Shown here one piece after another: positions 1 to 12,899 of a stretch of 64,000 nt of DNA. Under the pieces are notes generated by a model. The model made no database searches and was not told the DNA's origin. It saw only the letters and a program-made list of their open reading frames with translations. Every line of letters starts with the position of its first letter. The first letter of the stretch is position 1. The translations under genes and the position numbers were made by a program. This DNA comes from Octopus bimaculoides (lineage: Eukaryota), in assembly GCF_001194135.2 (NCBI RefSeq), contig NC_068985.1, positions 61,255,520 to 61,319,519 of the forward strand, given 5' to 3'.

Positions 1-210
1 ACAAACATATACATATATATACATACATATATATATAAATATATAAACATACATATACATGCATATATACGCATACATATATATAAGCATATACACACAT
101 ACATATACATGCATTAATATATACATATATATGTATGTATGTATATGTATATATATATATTTATATGTGTGTGTGTGTGTGTGTATACATGTATATATGT
201 ATATATATAT
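1..210. repeat. Compound (TA)/(CA)/(GT) microsatellite
   Basis: Mixed dinucleotide runs read directly. Confidence 0.9.
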
Positions 211-1756
211 TATCAGTTAGCTGTCCATAAGACAACACGATATACACAGACAGCCTCCACACTTCACCCATGGATAACAGTTAAAACCAATCCATGGAGA
301 CTAACTCTTTCTTTCTTCCTAAAAAATATCTTTCACTGTATTTCATCCCATTCATTTGCTACCACTGAACCAATCTAGAGCCTCTATACCTTTGACATAA
401 AAAGGGTTATGCACTTCTGACCAATATGTCTTTAGTGTTATGGCAATGTTTAGTGTGAAACTGATTGTAACGTTCTAACCATTTATATGCCATCATCAAT
501 AATATATCATTTGATAACATAGATATTTCAGTAAATAAGTATATGTGTGTTGCGTTTTCCTACCTGTTTTCATTTCTTTTGTGAACCAATCATCTACTAG
601 CTTTGCATTTTCAAAAACTGTGGAATAAGAGATCCCTTACTTGGAAAACAAGAAAGGGTTACTGAAAGGAAGAACATCTGGCTGAAAAATATTGCCTCAA
701 TATTTTTGTCTAATCCATGTTAGCATGGAGAAACAGATTTAAAAATGAGTAAACATATCTATTTATGGACCTTCTTGTTTTGAGTTCATATTTTGTGGCA
801 GTCATCTTTACCTTTCTTCCTTCTGGTGGAGGAGACAGTCAATAAAGTACCAGTCAAATATGGGAGTTCATCTTTTTAATCAGCTATTCCCTTCGTCAAA
901 AATTGAAGTATTGTGCCTACATGTGTGTGTGTAAGGAGGGAGTGTAGCAGAAGTAATGAATGGAAGCAAAAGCACTCAATGCTATAAAATAGAGTATTAG
1001 TTTAATTTAATTTGGTCAACTGAAACCAGTTCTGGCAACTGCTAAGTTTTTCCCTACATGAGAACCATGCAGTTCATCAGGTCGTTATATCGAATATTCT
1101 CTATTTTCCTAAATTTATTCATATTGTGTGTTTCCAATATGTAGTATAGCAAGTTCATCATCTCTGTACAGTCCACTGTCAATGTCTCTATTCCTGAATG
1201 TATTTAAGGCAAAAAATCAAGTATCTACATATTTCTTAACCCAGTAGGAATAACCATACAATAACTGATTTTTCTAGCATTTATTAAAATATTAATGTCA
1301 GTCACTTGCATTTGTCTTGACTAACAGAGTGAACCTTTATTTAAGGACTACATTGGTTGTAAAATCATCATATCCATGATCTTGAGCTCAGGGAAATTCT
1401 ATTTTCCCCCAGAACATTGTTTTCATAATCAAATGCTGAGCTCAGCTATAGCCCTCTCATTACACCTAAAGCTACCTTTTAAAATATGAAGTTTGGTTTG
1501 CTAAGTAGGCCTGTGTTACTGTATACATGGATTAGGGATCAGCCTGTAAAGGTCTGTTTTTTGTTTTGTTTATTTTGGTGACTTTTTTTTTGTTGAATTT
1601 TGTGTTTTGTACTTCTAGCTGGTAAGATGATGGAAGCTGTGCTCTGCATTATAAGCCAGCTATGAACACCTAATAAGTTTAGGAGAAAGCTTGCAACAAG
1701 ATTAGCATCTTAAATGGTTCTAGTTTGGTAATTTTCATATCCTTGTATTGGATAAA

Positions 1757-1963
1757 TAATATAACAAAGCAGTGGGGAAGAAAGTATGTACATGACACAC
1801 TACTATTACTATTACTATTACACGAGACTCAGCGCTCTATACCAAAGGTTCACAGTGAACTGCTACTAATATGAACTCTTGATGACCCAACAGTTGTCTA
1901 TTTAATAGAGATGTCTTAGTCCAGTTTTAGTCACATAGGGGTGGTCAGAATCTTTCCACAACA
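1757..1963 (-). repeat. 3' LTR of deleted Gypsy element
   Basis: Aligns with 4747-4947 and lies next to the PPT. Left boundary uncertain. Confidence 0.8.
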
Positions 1964-3399
1964 TCTCCCCTTTTTAGAATCAGTCTCCCCCATCTACTCC
2001 CCTTTTAAGAATTGAATTCCACTCTGAATTTTAATATCTCTTATGTTTAGGGTTCATTTCCAGTGGAAAAATCAGTACACTCTGATTTTATTGTTCTTTC
2101 TTTAAATGAATGCAGCTGGTGCTGCCCAATTAGAATATTCCATTTTTTGGATAACTCCAAATTTTTCTAGTCTCTCTAACTCTAAGTTTATCTGTTCTAA
2201 TGCTGTGAACAGTACAGTTTGTTTTTGTTTAAATGTCAGTATGGTGTTTCCTTGTATTTGAAACTGTGCCTTCATTTTGGTACACAGACCTAATTTATCA
2301 GATAGCACTTTAGGAAAAATATTTTAAAGTTTTGTTTTCAATTCGTCTGATGACTCATTTGTACTAAAGAAAAAAACATTTACATTTTTATAGAAAAGAT
2401 TTATGGAGAGGTCCCATAAATTAAATAATTCTATCCAGTCAGTACTGAACAAATTTGTTGTATTATTTAACACAAAATCTTTAACCCTTAAGGTTTTTCC
2501 ATGAAATGTAATGTTACCTATCAATTCACCCTTCAGATAAAATGTTTTTCCTGAAACACCACAGGCAATTTTCGAAGTTTCATTTAATTTAGGTGTCCTG
2601 ATTTTTTTTCCATACATCTGTGTTTATTATCAAGATGTCACTGCCTGTATCCAATTGTAACTTTGTTTGTGTTATTAATTTTTACATGCACAAATTTTCT
2701 TTGAGACTCATTCGTATTTTTTGTTACCAATAATCCATTTATGTGACTTTTTCTGTTGAACTATTTTTTAGGTTCTGTCCTACAATGCAACTTTTCATGG
2801 CTTATTTTACCACACTTGTAGCATTTTATATTTTTATATGGACAGTCATTTTTAAAATGTAGACCATTGCACCCATAACATGGATTCAGTCTTGACATTA
2901 TTTTTCTCTTGTTTCTTATTCGCTACTGGCTAACATGCTTAAATCTGAGAACAATCTTTCTCTTCAATTTTATTTGCATCGTGTTGTAGATTAATAATCC
3001 TCTGACATTCTTCTGCTACTGCCAGCAGAGTTAAATTTTAGTCCTGTTCTAATTTTGTTAATATCTGAGAACATATTTCTGCATCTTTTTGCAGTAAGCC
3101 CTTGAACAAAAATTAAAGTCTTGAATATGTCCAGGGTCAACTCATTCAATTTGAATTTCTCACGCTCTCTGTTAACCACTCTGGTATAGGTGATAAAATC
3201 TTCATCATCTTTTTTGACCAAATTTAAACATTGCCAGTGAGTATTGAACAAGGAACTTCTTTCACTGAAATTTTTTGGTAAAATATTAATTGTTTCATTG
3301 AAACAAATCTCACCTGGCTTCTTCAGCAGAATATAATTACTATATTTTTCGTGTTTTGCAGGGGATAACTTTCTTAAAGTAGTCATACTTTTTTCTCAA

Positions 3400-4746
3400 A
3401 CCAACTTTTACAACTGGCAAAAGAATTTCAAGTTAGCCAGAAAACTGCTTGCAACCATTTGCATGTGATTGAAAAACCAAAACAGTTTGACAAATGGGTA
3501 CCACACGATTTGAATGAAAATCAGAAAATGCACAGATATGAAATTTGCTCATCGCTTCTTCTCCATTACCAGACCGATTCATTTCTCAGCTGTATTGTAA
3601 CTTGTGAGGAAAAGTGGATTCTGAACAATAATGAAAAACATTATTCATGGTGGTTGCGAAGACCTGTTGAGGCAAGTGAAAGTGAAATCAAACTAAATTC
3701 AATGACTGGCACCCATGCCAACGTCGTCTCCTTCATTGGACACAAAACTCCGCTTGCGAAGACCTATTGGGGCAAGCGAAAGCGAAATTGTGATGGCACC
3801 TGTGCCCAGCGTTGCCTTCCTGGCACTTGTGCCGGATGGCACGTGTAAAGACATTCAAGCGAGATCGTTGCCAGTGCCGCTGAACTGGCTCCTGTGCAGG
3901 TGGCACGTAAAATACACCATTTTGAGCGTGGCCATTGCCAGTACCGCCTAACTGGTCTTTGTGCCGGTGACACGTAAAAGCACCCACTACACTCTCGGAG
4001 TGGTTGGCGTTAGGAAGGGCATCCAGCTGTAGAAACTCTGCCAAATCAGATTGGAGCCTGGTGTAGCCATCTGGTTTCATCAGATCTCAGTCAAATCGTC
4101 CAACCCATGCTAGCATGGAAAGCGGACGTTAAACGACGATGATGATGATGATGATGTTGGACCAAAATGAAGCACCAAAGACCTTCCTTAAACCCAAGCT
4201 CTTCAAAAAGAAGCTTTTGGTGACTGTTTGGTGGTGTACTGCTGGACTCATCCATATAGCTTCTTAAAACCCAGGAACACTATTACTGCAGAAACATGTT
4301 GCCATGAAATTACCAAAATGAACGAAAAACTACTATTCCTCCATCCAAGACTGGTCAACAGAAGAGGGTCAATCATTCTTCATGACAATGCTCAACCACA
4401 CGTTCCACTAATGATGCTCTAGAAGTTGAGGAAACTTGACTACGAAGTTCTTTTCCACCCAGCTTATTCCCCAGACTTTTCTCCTATGGACTACCACATT
4501 TTCAAGCACCTTGATGGTTTTTTGCGAGCAAAGGAGTTCAAAAATCAAACTGATGCTGAAAATGCATTCAAAGAGTTTATCATCCAGATTTTTATGTTAC
4601 TGGAATAAACAAACTTGTCATTCATTGACAAAAATGTGTTGATTGTAATGGTACTTACTTTGATGAATAAAATTTCCACATTGTTGAAATATATCATGAT
4701 GAATTTCATGTTTCAAAACGTTGCTTACGTTTTACTCAGCCTGATA
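3400..4746 (+). mobile_element. Mariner (DD34D) transposase pseudogene, 5'-truncated, interrupted at 3657-4155
   Basis: Motifs WVPHDL, TCEEKW, LHDNAQPH and YSPDFSPMDYHIF. The reading continues across the insertion (SWWL|DQNEAPK). Right end ...CGTTTTACTCAGCCTGATA-TA. Confidence 0.9.
3657..4155 (+). mobile_element. 5'-truncated RTE LINE 3' UTR with (GAT)n tail
   Basis: Matches the 3' end of the minus-strand RTE at 50090-50650. Ends AAACGACGAT(GAT)n. GTTG lies on both sides (3653-3656, 4156-4159). Confidence 0.85.
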
Positions 4747-4947
4747 TAACATAACAAAGCAGGTGGGAAGAAAGTACATACATGACACACTACTATTACT
4801 ATTGCATAAAACTCAATGCTCTACATCAAAGGCTCACAGTGAATTGCTACTAATACGAACTGCTGACAACCCAACAGTTGTCTATTTAATAGAAATATCT
4901 CAGTCTACTTTTAGTCACATAGGGGTGGTCGGAATCCTTCTACAACA
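4747..4947 (-). repeat. 5' LTR of deleted Gypsy element (clipped by mariner)
   Basis: Direct repeat of 1757-1963; begins at the TA next to the mariner terminus. Confidence 0.8.
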
Positions 4948-5423
4948 GAAATATTCGCGCATAGGTTCATTAATCAATCTAGACATTCCATGACATTTTG
5001 AATCTGCTTTCTATCTATCCTAAATTTACATATTATGAGAGCATCAATAAACTTTGAGTCTAAAAGAATTTACACCAACACCCATGCGATAACCTCTTTC
5101 TCCTCCAACTTTCTTCATTGTATTGACTGAGTCATCTATTTCATATTAAATTTTATTTTTTCGTGTGTATGTTAAATTTCTGTTCCCACACTTTCCTTTC
5201 AAACTTTATTTTTTGAGATAAAGTCCCTTGATTTTTCTTCAGTTAGATGTAGAAAGCTTTTCCTTTAATGGCCATAATCTTACAAGATCAAGATGAGATC
5301 TATGTTGCTACCTGTTAAAGTTTTTTTCCAATATGGCAACCCAACAAATTGAATGGCTCTTGTGCAAGGAAACTATAAGGAATTGCTTGAGCTGGATTCA
5401 GCCAACCATTATAAACAAACATA

Positions 5424-6060
5424 TAGGGTGTTCAGGCTAGATTTGAAAGATTGCATAAAAAGAATAGAAAAGCAATACCTCTCTAAAAATTAAAAGTATT
5501 TTAAAACATCAAAGAATATCAACTAGATTATATCTGGGAGATAACAGTTTACACACTGCCATCAGCTTCCACCACAGCCCTAAGATGGCTCTAGAATCTG
5601 GTGCATGCATTCCTCACTGTGTACTTGGGAAAGTTTTCAGACATCTTCTTCATCTTGGCCACCAGGTCAGCCTTGGCATTTCAGGTAGAGTGGTTGGTAT
5701 CTTTCTCAACTGTGCCCCACACAGTAATCCACAGGATTACAATGAGGAGAAATAGGAGGCCAGAAATTGGGGTTGGTGAAGTCATGGAGATTCTCTAACA
5801 ACCACTTATGGCTCTTTACAGAGGTATGACAAGGAGCTGAATCTTGCTGTTACACATATGGCCTTCCTACAGTAACTTTCTCCAGCTAGGGCTTGACTAC
5901 AGTTTTCAATAGCTTTACATAGCTGTCTGAATTGAGTCTAAAGCCCTGTTTACAGATGTGGGACTGCCTGGTGCAAATCCTCATAATACAGGTAACTCTT
6001 TCCCAATATTCAGATGGCTTCTAGTCTGTCATGTCAGCTAACTATTTCTCAACTACAGCT
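5424..6060 (-). mobile_element. Tc1/mariner maT (DD37D-like) transposase 3' fragment
   Basis: Minus-strand translation gives QQDSAPCH...FWPPISPHCNPVDY...RAVVEADG; TIR-like end TAGGGTGTTC. Confidence 0.75.
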
Positions 6061-6159
6061 TTAATCTTTATATTCACAAATGCCATTGATTGTTCATTAA
6101 TACATCAAGCTGATCCCGAAAAAGGAGACATTAAAAAAATCATCAAATTTAGCCCAAAC

Positions 6160-6189
6160 ACATGGTAGACAGAAACTAAAGAAACCTGT

Positions 6190-6253
<64 letters not shown>

Positions 6254-6540
6254 CCTGTGTGTGTGTGTATCTATGTTTGTACATCACCAGCACTTGATAA
6301 CTCATGTTGGTCTGTTTACATTACTGGTTCAGCAAAGGAGACTGACAGAATAAGTACCAGGCTTAAAAAAATGTACTGGCGTTGATTCATATATTTACAA
6401 TGGGCTTTTTTCAGTGTCCATCTCCCAAATTCATTCGCATAGTTTGGTTGGCCAAGGCTACAGTAGAAGACATCTGCCCAATGTACCACATAGTGGGATT
6501 GAACTGCAAACCATGTGGTTGGGCAATAGCCCATCTCATA
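6160..6540. mobile_element. SINE remnants (plus-strand body with (GT)n, then a minus-strand head)
   Basis: Similar to the SINE at 8526-8935. Confidence 0.65.
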
Positions 6541-7176
6541 TATCTAAACATTTAAATCATTTATTGCCTTTTGCTTGTTCTCAAAATGCTGCAAATGTTG
6601 ACAATCATGACCAATTAGCTGTTTGTGATAATTAAGTTGATTGTTAAGTCAATGAATGATTAATAGAACAACTTTATAAAAAAAGGTCAATTGTTTGAGA
6701 ATTAACTACTAATATTAACTACTAATCAATAAAATAAGTACAAAAACTACAGTTTAAATTTACTAAAATATGAATCATTGCCGGTGAAAAAGAAAAGAAA
6801 AATAATGGTTTGACATTTTCAGTTGATGACAGTAGTTGATTTCCTAAGAAACCTGATTCCTAAGTCACAGCAGCAAAATGTTTCAACTAGTTGACATATC
6901 ATGAACCAAATATATAAAGTTTCATTACATCACCCAAGAACTTTTACTTGCATGTCTCATACATTTTGGTCTGCTTCAACTTGTACATAATACAGTAAAT
7001 TGAGGCAGCTGCCAACTCTATATAAGGTACAAGTGTGTCCTGAACTACTTTACTGCCCACATATCTGGGACAAAGTAGCTGCTATGTAAACAAATATTCT
7101 AAATCTGCAGCCAAAATATGTCATCTTTCTTCAGTAACATACTATGGCTAATACTATGCACAAGTATGCAGCTTGT

Positions 7177-7223
<47 letters not shown>

Positions 7224-7225
<2 letters not shown>

Positions 7226-7421
7226 CCAAAATTAGGGAATGGAGTAGATAAAATCCAAGCTACATATGTTACTTAGCTGGCAGGCCCTCAGAAGTAGTAA
7301 TTATCTAAATGAGGGGTAATCTGCTAGCTACTCATCAAGCCAAATTACTACTTCCGAGGTTCTGCTAGCTATGAAACACATGTAACTTGAATTTTATCTA
7401 CTCCATTCCCTAATTTTGGAT
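7224..7421. repeat. 198-bp palindromic foldback/MITE-like element
   Basis: ATCCAAAATTAGGGAATGGAGTAGATAAAAT at 7224 is the exact reverse complement of the block ending at 7421. Pairing continues with mismatches for about 80 bp. Confidence 0.9.
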
Positions 7422-7624
7422 TTCTAATCACATACACAGTAACCCCTGTTGCTAACCGTAAGCTATAAAACAATTTTTTCAGCCTATTGAATTTCGATAT
7501 GGGAATAATTTACAACCTTCTGTGTTAATAAACCACTATTGTTCCTGAAAGTTGTCTTTTATACCTTCTACAGACTGCTCAAAGCTTACTATCTCCCTAC
7601 ACATTGATCCTTGGATCTAAGGGC

Positions 7625-7755
7625 GTCTAGCCATAAAAACCAAGCCAAAACCAACACAGAAGCATGGCGCAGGCTCCTGCCTCACCAGCTCCTGTCAAAC
7701 CATCCAACCCATACCAGCATGGAAAGAGGATGTAAAACGATGATGATGATGATAT
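7625..7755 (+). mobile_element. Old RTE 3'-end fragment
   Basis: CCAACCCATACCAGCATGGAAA...AAACGATGATGAT tail. Confidence 0.7.
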
Positions 7756-7760
7756 ATAAC

Positions 7761-7800
<40 letters not shown>

Positions 7801-8525
7801 ATATATATTTGAAAATATTATGTTATATTAAACACAAGCAGGTATTTCAAAAATTCTTTTGAAATCCTGCTTTTTAATCAAAACTACACTTTCAAATATA
7901 ATCAAAATGAGCATAAAAGATATTGCCTATTTTCTTTTAATTTGTTTGAGAGATATGATGTGCTTTACAGTTTAAGGAAATAACAAATGAATTAAAATGA
8001 TAAAACTTATTGTGTGTGTGTGTACATGTGCATAAAAACACAACACTTTTTGCTGTCCAGCCTCCATCAAGGCTCAAGTCAAAGTTATTTGCCAATTGAG
8101 ATTATTTTCATTTCTTTTCATTTGGGTTTAGTTCAGCTACATATCCATTGACATATTTATTAATATATCTCTCTATCTGTTGATATAGCTGTAGATTCAT
8201 CTACATATTCATCTGTCTGTCTATCTGTCTAGCTAGTTAGCTAATTAACTATCATATCAGCATTTCCACCATTATCTGTCAATGCTCATAATACCAATAA
8301 GCATTTAAACTAAGTAACAAAACAAAAAAACAAAAAATTATGGTAGTGTCCCAGCATGGCCACAGGTTTTGGTCTGGACCACTAAAGGATAAAAGTGTAA
8401 CATCCACAGCTATTTGCTAACAAATGTTATTTCACTTTCATTTAACTATCTATCAATATACCTTTTAAAGCATGAATTTAGGGATCTTCATGACATTGTT
8501 TCATTATGTTAAACATTTCGATTAT

Positions 8526-8935
8526 GCAGGAGTGGCTGTGAGGTAAGAAACTTGCTTCCCAACCATATGGTTCTGGGTTCAGTCCCACTGCATGGCACCA
8601 TGGGCAAGTGTCTTCTACTGTAGCCTTGGGCTGACCAAAGTTTTGTGAGTGGATTTGGTAGACAGAAACTGAAAGAAGCTATTGTATATATATATGTATG
8701 TGTGTGTGTGTGTGTGTGTATATTTGTGTGTCTGTGTTTGTCCCTTTACCATCACTTGACAACCGATGTTGGTGTGTTTACGTACCTGTAACTTAGCAGT
8801 TCGGCAAAAGAGACTGATAGAATAAGTACTAGGCTTAGAAAGACCAAGTCCTGGGGTCGATTTGTTCAACTAAAGATGATGTTCCAGCATGGCCGCAGTC
8901 AAATGACCGAAACAAGTAAAAGAAGAAAAAAGAAA
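8526..8935 (+). mobile_element. Full-length tRNA-derived SINE
   Basis: A-box-like GGCTGTGAGGTAAG and B-box-like GGTTCAGTCCC, an internal TA/GT tract and an A-rich tail. Partial copies at ~6160, 10130, 11130, 16630, 17130, 21730, 25345, 35075, 47000 and 47640. Confidence 0.85.
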
Positions 8936-9044
8936 ATGCCTGCGATTTTAACACACAAATGTAGAATATAGACTTTCTCCCCTTCATTCTCTCTTTCATG
9001 TTTTTTCTCTCTATTTTGTTCAACTATTCTTATTTCATTTCTTT

Positions 9045-9178
9045 CTTTGTCTCTCTCTCCCCTTCCTCTCTCTCTCCCCTTCCTCTCTCTCTCCCCGTCC
9101 TCTCTCTTTCCCCTTCCTCTCTCTCTCCCCTTCCTCTCTCTTTCCCCTTCCTCTCTCTCTCCCTTTCCTCTCTCTCTT
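9045..9178. repeat. Pyrimidine-rich ~18-bp minisatellite
   Basis: CTCTCTCCCCTTCCTCTC-type unit, about 7 copies. Confidence 0.8.
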
Positions 9179-9303
9179 TATATATTTCTACATTTAAGTT
9201 ATTACCTCCCTTGACATAAGTGTAACACATGGCTAGAACAAGTAGGGATGCAGGAACATGCAGGAACATGCAGAATAATATTATCTTTATCATCATCATC
9301 ATC

Positions 9304-9336
<33 letters not shown>

Positions 9337-10499
9337 ACTTGTGTTCTTGGTTTGTATAAAAATTCATGTCTTGAAATTGTTGTATTATACATGGTAGCAT
9401 GTCGTACATAGACATTATGTAATTAAATTTGAATTCCATTTGCTGTTTCCTTTGTATCTAAATTGTTTTCTATATTTTGACATTCTTGTATCACTGGTTT
9501 CTTCAATACAAACTATTTCACCACTTAGATATAAGAGTTTGTTTCATTTGTGACATTTACACAAATATCAAGATATGCTTTGTTAAAAATAAAAATAAGT
9601 TCTGTTATAACCTAATTTATTGACACTCTAGCACCTCCCTAAAATTCTTCTTTGACTCCCACTTGCCTTTGGTGAAGTATCAATGCTGATGCCCCTTCTA
9701 TTATCCTCAAGCAGTCTGTTCTTAGGATATCTATAATACATCTCCAAATTCTTTATTTGTTCTTATTTTGAGGAATATTTTGTGTGGTAGATTTAATCTA
9801 TTGCCTGGTTTAACATCACTACCTGATTTCTTAGCTGTCTTTTAGTTGAGTTCACTTTGTTGCTAGCAGATATTTGGTTTGAGGATCCCTTCTTTCCTTC
9901 CTCCTGCAAGTTTAAGATGCTATTGAAATTAATGGTCAAAAACAAGTTAGAAACTCTGTCACAATTAGTCAATTAGTAACTCTCAACAAAACTCAAGCAT
10001 AACTCAGTTATTGGAGTACTGCTCACATTACTAGGGTGGAACTGCAGCTATCCACTCATACAAAACAGTATGCCAAAATGTAATCTTGCTGATGAGAAGC
10101 AATTCATTAACCTACATACCAAAATTGGTGCAGATATGACTATGTGGTTAAGATGTGGAGCTACTTCATACTTTTGCGTTCAATCCCATTGCATGTTTCT
10201 CTCAGTGAGTGTTTACTAATCACAGGTCAAGCAAAGCTTTGTGAGTGAAATTCTAATAGTCACAAATTGTGTGTAAACCTGAACGAGGGATTATTCCTCT
10301 TGTGAAATGGTAGACTTAATCCCAGTTAAATACCACCACCACCTAGTCCTGAAGTAACTTTGTGATAAATAGAGTCAAGTCAATAGATAACTTTCTCCCT
10401 TCCTCCCATCAATCTTGTACAGTTTGTAAAAGATTCCCTTAATCCTCTGACTAAGCCATTAATATATATATGTGTGTATGTGTATTTATGTACATATAT

Positions 10500-11120
10500 A
10501 TAATTGTTGAACTTAGCATTTGTCAACATGGAGAAAGCATTTGTTAGGGTCTCTTACTTCCTCATCTGGTGGTCACTGCAAAAGCTAGGGGTAGATGAAT
10601 GGCTGGTGAGATCTGTCACAACCATGTGTAAATGTGATGTCAGTAAGGTGAGAGTTAGCATTGAGTACAGCAATAAGTTTAGTGTGAGTTGGAGTTCACC
10701 AGCACTTAGTTCTCAGTCCCCTCTTATTTGAAATAGTCTTCCAGGCCATAAAAAAAGAGTTTAAGACTGGTTGCTTGTGGGAGCTCATCTGTGCTTATAA
10801 TCTTGTTCTTATAGCTGATTCTGTAATAGAATTTTAAAAAAAGTTCCAGGTGTGGAAGCAAAATCTGGAATCAAAGGGCCTCAGAGTTAACTTAACAAAG
10901 ACTAACATTCTAGTAAGCAGAACAACAGACAGGACTCTTCTCCTTCAGGAAAAAGGTCCTGTTTGAGTTGTAGAAAAGAAGTTTGCTGAAATTCCATGCA
11001 GTGTATTCAGTTCCACAGGAAGTCTGACCGAATTTGACTTAGTGTGTGGTTGATGCAGAGGAAACAGATTTCCTTGAATACCCAGGAGGATCGTTAGAAG
11101 TAGGAAATACTTTCTGTTAT
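10500..11120 (+). pseudogene. Decayed RTE LINE reverse transcriptase fragment
   Basis: LAFVNMEKAF...IWWSLQKLGVDEWLVRSV, homologous to 22701-23417. Confidence 0.85.
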
Positions 11121-11259
11121 CTAAATGTAGGCATGATGGTTGTGTGGTGAGAAGTTTGCTTCCTAACTACATGGTTCCTTCTGCAAGTTCCTTCTACTAT
11201 AATCTTGGGCAGATCAAAACCTTATGGATGGATTTGGTAGTTGGGAACTGAAAAAAGTT

Positions 11260-11291
<32 letters not shown>

Positions 11292-11738
11292 ANNNNNNNN
11301 NNNNNNNNNNNNNNNNNNNNNNNNNNNNNNNNNNNNNNNNNNNNNNNNNNNNNNNNNNNNNNNNNNNNNNNNNNNNNNNNNNNNNNNNNNNNNNNNNNNN
11401 NNNNNNNNNNNNNNNNNNNNNNNNNNNNNNNNNNNNNNNNNNNNNNNNNNNNNNNNNNNNNNNNNNNNNNNNNNNNNNNNNNNNNNNNNNNNNNNNNNNN
11501 ATTTATTAAGTCTCTTGATGAATTCTTTATACTGAAATATATATTGAAGAAGATAAATATGTACATTTGAATATATACGTTTTTGCGTCGTAACTCCTTT
11601 ATCATTATTAATATAACCAAAAGGATCGATTCTTGAAGAGTCTGCATACCTTCACTGTCGTTTTTTTCTGCTATTTTGGTGATGATTTTTTGAGTTAGGT
11701 TACCAATTATTTTTGTTGGTAGTTAATTTATAATATAT

Positions 11739-11770
<32 letters not shown>

Positions 11771-11776
<6 letters not shown>

Positions 11777-12347
11777 TCATCCCATAAGTTCTGTCCGATT
11801 TTACCTTTTTTAAAATTGAATGAAATTTAATAGTATTTTAGAATGTTTAATGGAATTAAGAATTATTCAGATGCATTTGTGTACATTTAAACTAATTAAA
11901 TATTATTTTTCAGAATAATAGAATTAAAGTTTCTTTGATTAAAACCTTTTCTAACATGGAAGTATCCAAAGAGCACTTGAGATACATAATGCTTTATGAG
12001 TATAAAAAAAGGAAACTCTGCAGCCGAATCGATTCGAAACATGCACTCAATTTATCAGAAAGAATGCTTGATTGAAAGAACTTGCAGAAGATAGTTTGCA
12101 AAATTCAGAACTGGAGATTTCAGCCTCGAAGATGAAGATCGAACAGGACTTCCAGTTGAGTTTGATGATAAGCTCCTTGAGGCATTACTTGAAGAAAATC
12201 CTGCATTATCAGTTGAAGAATTGGCAATAAAGCTTAGTTCAAATCATACAACTGTTCATCGTCATCTTGAACAACTTGGAAAGGTTCCTAAACTTGGAAA
12301 ATGGGTGCCTCATGAATTGTCCAAAAGTAACTGCAAATCCTGAGTTG
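11771..12347 (+). mobile_element. Mariner 5' half (TIR plus HTH region), runs into a gap
   Basis: Starts ATCAGATCATCCCATAAGTTCTGTCCG after (TA)n. ATG at 11956 gives MEVSKEHLRYIMLYEY...EDEDRTGLP...KWVPHEL, with a frameshift and a stop. Confidence 0.9.
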
Positions 12348-12841
12348 NNNNNNNNNNNNNNNNNNNNNNNNNNNNNNNNNNNNNNNNNNNNNNNNNNNNN
12401 NNNNNNNNNNNNNNNNNNNNNNNNNNNNNNNNNNNNNNNNNNNNNNNNNNNNNNNNNNNNNNNNNNNNNNNNNNNNNNNNNNNNNNNNNNNNNNNNNNNN
12501 NNNNNNNNNNNNNNNNNNNNNNNNNNNNNNNNNNNNNNNNNNNNNNNNNNNNNNNNNNNNNNNNNNNNNNNNNNNNNNNNNNNNNNNNNNNNNNNNNNNN
12601 NNNNNNNNNNNNNNNNNNNNNNNNNNNNNNNNNNNNNNNNNNNNNNNNNNNNNNNNNNNNNNNNNNNNNNNNNNNNNNNNNNNNNNNNNNNNNNNNNNNN
12701 NNNNNNNNNNNNNNNNNNNNNNNNNNNNNNNNNNNNNNNNNNNNNNNNNNNNNNNNNNNNNNNNNNNNNNNNNNNNNNNNNNNNNNNNNNNNNNNNNNNN
12801 NNNNNNNNNNNNNNNNNNNNNNNNNNNNNNNNNNNNNNNNN

Positions 12842-12889
<48 letters not shown>

Positions 12890-12899
12890 CACATTCCCT

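Larger units (their letters stand above)
1757..4947 (-). mobile_element. Internally deleted Gypsy (Mag/K02A2.6-like) LTR retrotransposon carrying a nested mariner and RTE fragment
   Basis: Direct repeats ~1757-1963 and ~4747-4947 both start TGTTGT on the minus strand. A polypurine tract (rc AAAAAGGGGAGA, 1964-1975) abuts the 3' LTR. Minus-strand ORF pieces 2991-3386, 2324-2617 and 2102-2308 match gag, protease and the RT start (YSNWAAP) of the copy at 28.5-32.9 kb. No TSD resolved. Confidence 0.85.

Noticed and set aside
11501-11730. Minus-strand reading (QESILLVILIMIKE...) as a LINE C-terminus
   Set aside because: Too short and motif-free to assign.
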